A DNA stretch of 16,733 nt, from contig HG380926.1 in NCBI GenBank assembly GCA_000513175.1, positions 85,358 through 102,090 on the forward strand. The letters run 5' to 3'. The position numbers and the translations under genes were made by a program. Below are positions 10,615 to 16,733 of the stretch, one piece after another. This DNA comes from Adineta vaga. Its lineage: Eukaryota. The notes beneath the pieces are model-generated. The model made no database searches. It saw only the letters and a program-made list of their open reading frames with translations, and was not told the DNA's origin. The stretch's first letter is position 1; each line of letters starts with the position of its first letter.

Positions 10615-11191
10615 TCGCTATGCATTCAGTCCCTGTAATAGCTACGGTCACCAAACTTTCCACAGTGCTTCCCCAGGTCCAGGGGAAGGTCGACATGGGG
10701 TTAGAATGGTCATCGGGGGGTGGGGGTGGGGAGCGTGGGTGAAATTTCACCCAGACAGTTCAATGATAGCTAACATTCCTAAACTTTCCACAATGCTTCT
10801 CTAGGCCCACGAAAAGGTCGACATCTACTTTATTCCGAAAAAAAATGAATTCTACGCTTCCTACAGGCAATCTATGAAACTAACCAATACAGTAGGATTG
10901 CAGCATTTCAAAAAATTAAAATAATTGATAGCGAAGGCGGCCGGAGGCCGTCTGAGCGCACATCTACGATAATTTACACGTTCCGTATCAAAATATCTTG
11001 ATTTGAGGGTGGGAATCGGTGTCTGGGTGAAATTTCACCGAAGTCGTATTGAATTTCAATTGTCGTTATTTTTGGTAGAAACTTACAGAATATGCTCCGG
11101 TTTTGAGATTTTTTATTTGATACTATTTATTTCTTGCAATAAATGTGACAATTAAAGGTTCTTTAATCTATATCTATCTATCTATAATTTA

Positions 11192-11366
11192 TCTATATAT
11201 ATAAAGAAGAAAGTTTGTTTGTCTGTTCGCTATGCATTCAGTCCCTGTAATAGCTAATGTCACCAAACTTTCCACAATGCTTTTTTAGGTCCGGCGGAAG
11301 GTTGACATGGGGTTAGAATGGTCATCAGGGGTTTGGAGGGGGGCGTGGGTGAAATTTCACCCAGGT
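11192..11366 (+). repeat. Direct repeat partner of 10564..10760
   Basis: Shared TCTATATATATAAAG..., CATTCAGTCCCTGTAATAGCTA, GTCACCAAACTTTCCACA, GACATGGGGTTAGAATGGTCATC and GTGGGTGAAATTTCACCCAG in the same order. Confidence 0.9.
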
Positions 11367-11736
11367 GATGCTTTATAGGAATTTTTCGATCTCACTGATA
11401 GCTGGCGACACTAAAAGTTTCACGAAACTCCCCTAAATTCCACGGAAGGTCGAGACGAGGTTGCCACCTTCAAGGGGTGGGTGAAGGAGAATTAGTGAGA
11501 ATTCATCCAGCGTCGATAAACTGCCAGTTCCACGTTTTTCCCTGGAACTTTGAAGTGGGTGTGGGTGTCAGCATCCAAGATGGACAACTACAACGCTTGG
11601 GTTGGGTTCTTAAAAAAAACTGAATCTGGAGTGGAATGACTACTCTGCCTGTATAGAGTCAAAGCGAAGTTTATAAACTAGAGAATGACTTGCAGCGAGC
11701 GTCTGAGAATAGACAGATCTACCGAGGGGCGAGAAC

Positions 11737-11830
11737 TGCAGCGGGACAGTGGGTGTAGAATGGGACTAGAGTTGCAGCGGGACAGTGGGAGTAGAATGGG
11801 ACTGGAGTTGCAGCGGGACAGTAGGAGTGG
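11737..11830 (+). repeat. Minisatellite, period 36 bp, about 2.6 copies
   Basis: TGCAGCGGGACAGTGGG(T/A)GTAGAATGGGACT(A/G)GAGT starting at 11737, 11773 and 11809. Confidence 0.9.
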
Positions 11831-11985
11831 ATTTAAAAGGAACAGAGCATTATGTCGTATGGATAGCGAGACAAGACCATTAGAAAAGAATTAACGAAGA
11901 GAAGTGAAAATTTCTGAGAAAATCCCTGGTGCACGACGCGAAAAGCACTGTTGTAAATGGAAAACATAAATTATGCCCTCTTTGC

Positions 11986-12001
11986 AGCGGGTATCTCCGC
12001 T
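11986..12001 (+). other. Putative Helitron 3' terminal hairpin (5-bp stem AGCGG/CCGCT)
   Basis: AGCGG GTATCT CCGCT immediately before AG, giving a terminal CTAG followed by T. Confidence 0.45.
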
Positions 12002-12267
12002 AGTATATATATATTCTTTGAACTCTTTCATTTTGTGTCAAAGTTTATTTTTCTATACAATCAAGTGTCATTGATATTTTTTAGTATTGTTGACAATTTT
12101 TTTTGCAATTAATTATAAATTGTTTTAGTTTCACCTTTAGAAATGATTTATTGATATTACTTCTCTTTTCTTTTCAATTATGACTATTCCTTTTTTCTCA
12201 CATTGAAATATATATATATATAAAGAATTGACTTTATATTTTATTCATTAAACATATTTTTGAATAA

Positions 12268-13401
12268 ATGTTTAATACAACTAATTCATTATCATGTGAA
12301 ATTAATATTTGTCAAAATAATGGACAATGTTTTCTCTTCAATTCATCTATCAATAATTTTACTTGTATTTGTACACGATGTTATACAGATTCTTTTTGTC
12401 AAACAGAAAAATATTCTCAAAATCTTTGGTATATGGGTATATCTGATGATAAACGTTTTTCAAATTATCAAATAATTGAAAGAATAATTGGTTTAATTAT
12501 TTCAATTATTTCTTTGATCTGTAATTGTTTAGCATTACAAATATTTGTATGTAGCAAAACAATTCGTATAACAAATCTTGGTATTTATTTAATAATACTT
12601 TCATTATCATGTTTAATTATTAGTATTCTTCGTGGAATATTTATTTCGATTGTAATTTTCAATAATCCTATTCAATTAGGAAACGTTTATTTTATATTTC
12701 AATGTGCTACAATACGTTTATTTGCATCTTCAATTATTTGTTGTCTCTTTTGGCTTCTATTATACATTGCAGTAGAACGAATATTACTCGCTTATTCCTT
12801 TGTGAATTTGAATGATTCAAGAAAACGTTCAATTATTTCATGTATATTATTGTTTATTATAATACCAACGCTTACATTTTCGATAATCTTTTTTGGTTCA
12901 AAAAAAGGCAATACTTCAACTGATTTTTGTCGATTAAATTTTACTTCAAAAGGTTATATTTTTTATTCAATCTTTCGTTGGTTTAATTATTTAATTGCAC
13001 CAATAGCATCACTTATTTCATGTATCTGTATTTTACATAATCTTATTCAACATCGATTGTATCTTACAACTCACAGCGAGACATTAGCTTCTTCAGTGAA
13101 ACTAATTATTTCTAATCATCAAGATTTCTTTATGGTACCATTAGTATTTACATTATGTATAATGCCATATTTTATCTTAACTCAAATTGTTACTTGTTCA
13201 TCAGCGGATAATTTTATTGTTGGAAAATTAACAACAATATTTCAATTACTTTCAGATTTAGCTTTAATAATTCCATTTCTAACAACAGTTCTACCATCAA
13301 AATTATATATGGAACACTTTTGGGAAATATCTCATGTTGGAAGATTCTTAATTTATATTAAAACGAAATTATGTACTCATAATACTTCTATCAAGGATTG
13401 A
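12268..13401 (+). CDS. Seven-transmembrane receptor with an N-terminal EGF-like module, intronless, 377 aa
   Basis: The N-terminus CEINICQNNGQCFLFNSSINNFTCICTRCYTDSFCQ has EGF-like cysteine spacing. It is followed by about seven hydrophobic helices starting IIGLIISIISLICNCLALQIFV. Confidence 0.75.
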   Translation: MFNTTNSLSCEINICQNNGQCFLFNSSINNFTCICTRCYTDSFCQTEKYSQNLWYMGISDDKRFSNYQIIERIIGLIISIISLICNCLALQIFVCSKTIRITNLGIYLIILSLSCLIISILRGIFISIVIFNNPIQLGNVYFIFQCATIRLFASSIICCLFWLLLYIAVERILLAYSFVNLNDSRKRSIISCILLFIIIPTLTFSIIFFGSKKGNTSTDFCRLNFTSKGYIFYSIFRWFNYLIAPIASLISCICILHNLIQHRLYLTTHSETLASSVKLIISNHQDFFMVPLVFTLCIMPYFILTQIVTCSSADNFIVGKLTTIFQLLSDLALIIPFLTTVLPSKLYMEHFWEISHVGRFLIYIKTKLCTHNTSIKD

Positions 13402-14090
13402 CATAATCTACATCTTGCGGGTGAGGGTTTGAGTTTCAGTTCTCACCCACATCTTTAGTTTTGTTTTATTAAAATTAAGAATTAAGTCATGTAGAGAAAA
13501 AAATTTGACGGTGGGTGGGTGTGAATATATTGTATACTGTTGCTGAAAGATGTGGTTTTGCTTCTGCGAGTTCGTATTTGATTGTGTGCATGGTAGTGGG
13601 ATACGGCAGGATCCAGAGGCCGGAACGACCGACCTAGACATAATTCATCAGAAAAGCGGTACCTTATCCGGTCGCTCGATCGTGTGCATGACGCCTTACT
13701 AAACACAAAGTAGCTTACTGTTACAAACTGCGTTTCAATTAGTTAGAATGATATCTATCAATTCTCACTCGTACTTCAGCCACTTTCCAAATGTAAGAAT
13801 TAGTTTGGTCAATTTTATTTTCACAGAGAAAAGTAAATTTCTGATTGCTGCCAAGTCCTCTTAATTTTGTTTCGATTTATTTACCCTTATTTATACAAAG
13901 CATTCGATGGTATTAAATCAACACGCAAATTTCGAAACTGATAACATCAGCTAACCTTTAACTATCACTACTTAGTAGCAGAGAATGACAAAGAAAGATA
14001 AGGACTCCTTTCACACATTTTGCAGAGGAAGAAAACGGTTAGATTCTTATAAAATAGTGAAGTGGTAAACTCGTTATACTACGATCAAGT

Positions 14091-16440
14091 ATGGGTTGCA
14101 AAGAATCAAAACCGAATGTTATTGAACCGGTCATAGCTCCGTTAAGCGTACTCAATCCCCTCTCATCGTATGAATTAACTTCGGAAGCCTATCATTCAAC
14201 ATCGGTCGATGTCGGTAGTGCTACAGCAGAAACATCGTGTAAACTGATTACTGTTATAATTCAACCATGACTGAATATACTCTGCTTTTCTAGATCTGAT
14301 ATCCGGCAGTGAAATACAGGACGATCGGGATTCATTAGGCCGGAAGCCTTTGAAGTATGATCAGAAAAATCACGAAGATTTTGTCGTAGTCTGGCTTGGC
14401 GATTATCTCATTCCAATGGCCGGAAAGTTGAATGTAGGCATCGAAGAACTACAACGTATCGTTAATCATGTGGAGCTGTTTAACAGGTCCGAACCTTGTC
14501 TCCAGTTCTTGAGAGATAATGTTAACGAGGAGAAAATATTTCTCATTGTGTCTGGCGAGCTCGGCCAAGAATTTGTTCTGCTAGTTCAACATCTTCCCCA
14601 ACTTGCAGCCATCTACTTCTTCTGTGAGAGAAGGGAACCATATGAGACATGGGCCAGGTCGTTATCCATAGTACGAGGCGTTCACGACGATCTCGGACTT
14701 CTCTTTCAACATCTCTACAAAGACATGAACCTTTTGTCCAATAACTATCTAGACATTCAAGTCACTAGTTGCAACCTTGGAGCAAATGAAGGTCTAAACC
14801 GGCAAGATCCATCGTTTATGTATGCTCAGCTACTGAAAGAAATTCTGCTCGACTTCCCAGCGATGGAAGAAAAGTACAGCAGGGAGGTAATGATCGCTTT
14901 CTGCAGAGAACAGTATCGAGACAACGCAAGTAAACTGCGCATTATCGATCTGTTTACAGCTAACTACGTCAAACGAGACGCCATTCTTTGGTATACAAAG
15001 GACGGTTTCCTCTTTCAACTTTTGAACAAAGCCCTGCGATTGCAGGATGTCGATGTCTTGTTTAACATGCGATTTTATTTGAAGCATCTTCACCAGGAAA
15101 TCGAGCGACAGCACAAACAGTGGCTCTTACTTCCTGCCAGTAAAACAACCACAAAGTTGGTGCTTTTTCGTGGCTTCAACGTTTCAGCAGAAGAATTTAC
15201 TGCACTGAAGATTCAAAGAAGAAGTTTCCTCTCTGTCACAAGTTTTCTTTCTACTACTAGAGATAGAGATGTGGCTGCGATTTTCGCCGGACTGAGCACC
15301 ACTGATCGAGCTGCTGTTCTTCTGGAAATTGAGATCGACGTCAGAAACTGCACTACTCCATTTATCGACATCACTGGACAGAGCCAGTTCGAGGATGAGA
15401 GAGAAACACTGTTTACTATGGGTGCTATTTTCAGGATCCAGGCGATCCAGCAAGATAGCCACGGTTTGTGGAATGTAAAACTGAAATTGACTGGTGAAGA
15501 AGATGTGGAGCTCCGAGCTCTAACTGAACATATCAGAAAAGATGACAAAGAAGGCAACGTCATCGATCGCTTGGCAGCGTTGACGTTCAAAATGGGGAAG
15601 TATGAACAATCCGAGCGATTTAGCCTGGTAATGCTTCGAGGTGTGGAGATGCTAGGAAATATAAAAGTGATTACTCATGCGCACAATAGCCTTGGCGTTA
15701 TTTACGTTAAAACTAGACGACATCAAAAGGCAATTTTTCATTTTAAGGCAGCACTCGCAGTTGCTTCAAAGCATAGATCTCCATATGACTGTCAGATTTC
15801 AACAATACTCACTAATCTGGGAATGGCCTATCACAAGCTAAAAGACTATGATAAAGCTTCATCGTGCTACAAAGAAAGTTTAACAATGGACTTAGCTGCG
15901 CCGACGCCAAATTACATAAGTATTGCACGAACCTACAACAATCTTGGGGGCCTGTTTGGTGAGCAACGGCGTATTGAGAATGCTATTCCAATGATTGAAA
16001 AGGCGCTGCAAATTCATCAAGAAGTGCTTCCTGCGAACCACCCATCTGTAGCAACTGGCTATTTTAACTTAGGGGCTCTCCACGGACAGAAAGCCGCTTA
16101 TGAGCAGGCACTCACTTGTTATAACATAGCACTGTTTATGCAGCTGGCTGCCTTGCCATCAGATCACCCTGAACTAGCTAGAACTTATTTCGCAATGGCG
16201 AGAACGTTGGAGATTCAAGGTAAATATCGAGAAGCATTGGAGAACATGCAACTGGCACTCAACATCACCGAGACAAACCTCCCGCTTGATCATCCAGACT
16301 GCATTTATATGAATCAGTGGCTGATGATATTGTACGCCGAATGCATTGAACAAGCTGCAGGTCGTCCAAGTATAGATTCTCGAATAACTCGGGAGAACGA
16401 AGGTGATCAAGAGCCGGAATACTTTCCAAATTTCTGTTAA
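14091..16440 (+). CDS. Arginine ADP-ribosyltransferase (ARTC-like) + tetratricopeptide repeat protein, 2 exons (14091..14238, 14294..16440), predicted 764 aa, N-terminal MGC acylation motif
   Basis: Exon 1 MGCKESKPNVIEPVIAPLSVLNPLSSYELTSEAYHS..., donor GTAAAC at 14239, acceptor TTTTCTAG at 14293, phase 1 match, total 2295 nt. ART motifs LVLFRG, SFLSTT and EDERETLF (R-S-ExE). C-terminal TPRs NSLGVIYVKTRRHQKAIFHFKAAL, TNLGMAYHKLKDYDKASSCYKESL, NNLGGLFGEQRRIENAIPMIEKAL, FNLGALHGQKAAYEQALTCYNIAL. Confidence 0.85.
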
Positions 16441-16733
16441 CTTACTAAACTTAAAAAACATAGGTACATTACCGAACTACAGAATTTTCATATTTTTTGC
16501 ACCGAATGGTTATAAGTTTAGCAGAAGAAAATTAGTTGGTGCTAATCCTGGAAAACATTTTTAGGATCAGCAGGGTTTAATAAATTGCCAGTTTTTGTAC
16601 GAAACCTTCTGGGAGTTTTGTAGAACGATCGAAGGTTTGGTAGGTCATTAGATAAATCATGGGTGACTCCAAAAAACGTCTGAAAAGTTCACAATATGTT
16701 CACGTAACCTAAGTTTGGAAAAGTGGATCTAGA

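Larger units (their letters stand above)
10564..12003 (+). mobile_element. Non-autonomous Helitron-like repeat region: a truncated or partial first copy (10564-~11191) followed by a copy with both candidate ends (11192-12003)
   Basis: Two copies of TCTATATATATAAAGAA(G/A)AAAGTTTGT...CTGTTCGCTATGCATTCAGTCCCTGTAATAGCTA at 10564 and 11192, the second preceded by A. The 3' end is AGCGG-GTATCT-CCGCT hairpin overlapping CTAG at 12000-12003, followed by T. This agrees with Helitron 5'-TC...CTRR-3' ends and A|T target preference. No transposase ORF. Confidence 0.5.

Noticed and set aside
10565-10750. ORFs at 10539..10742 (+) and 10565..10750 (-)
   Set aside because: Both are driven by the (GTCT)n microsatellite and the G-rich run in the repeat element.
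11737-11830. CRISPR-like array
   Set aside because: Units are directly contiguous with no unique spacers, few copies, and the genome is eukaryotic.
11685-11894. 69 aa ORF with (LQRDSGSRMGLE) repeats
   Set aside because: Explained by a 36-bp minisatellite whose period is a multiple of three, inside a non-coding mobile region.
12260-12475. 71 aa ORF overlapping the EGF-7TM start
   Set aside because: Alternative frame of the receptor coding sequence.
13408-13706. Minus-strand ORFs 13408..13641 and 13482..13706
   Set aside because: Overlap each other in different frames, no recognisable domain; probably a non-coding repeat remnant, not enough evidence to call.
14830-16461. Antisense ORFs (14830..15114, 15184..15462, 15213..15590, 16174..16461) on the minus strand
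   Set aside because: They lie opposite the well-supported ART-TPR coding sequence and have low-complexity Ser-rich translations; typical shadow ORFs.

Overview
This window looks like a chromosome end from a bdelloid rotifer. Bases 1 to about 95 are a (CCCACA)n array, equivalent to (TGTGGG)n read outward, which is the telomeric repeat described for Adineta and Philodina. The array abuts an open reading frame with no ATG of its own, so the telomere may have been added onto a broken gene. The body is an AT-rich subtelomere with short (~50-65 nt) introns. It contains: (1) a 3-exon secreted small protein on the minus strand (925-1475) that I do not recognise; (2) a cytosolic 5'-nucleotidase 1-like gene on the minus strand (2428-3550, one intron); (3) an intronless 7TM receptor (5659-6555); (4) an NmrA-like NAD(P)-binding protein (7129-8115, one intron); (5) a possible degenerate ZZ-finger fragment (~8250-8735); (6) a secreted 'SHFRGG' extracellular protein gene with several splice-junction or nonsense lesions (9038-~10563), cut off by (7) a non-autonomous Helitron-like repeat region (10564-12003) with a minisatellite and repeated palindromes; (8) an intronless receptor with an N-terminal EGF-like module and 7 TM segments (12268-13401); (9) a complete MGC-start (predicted acylated) protein with an arginine ADP-ribosyltransferase domain and TPRs, 764 aa (14091-16440, one intron). 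Splice models were derived by hand from GT/AG sites and frame continuity and are untested. Family calls come from motif recognition, not database searches.
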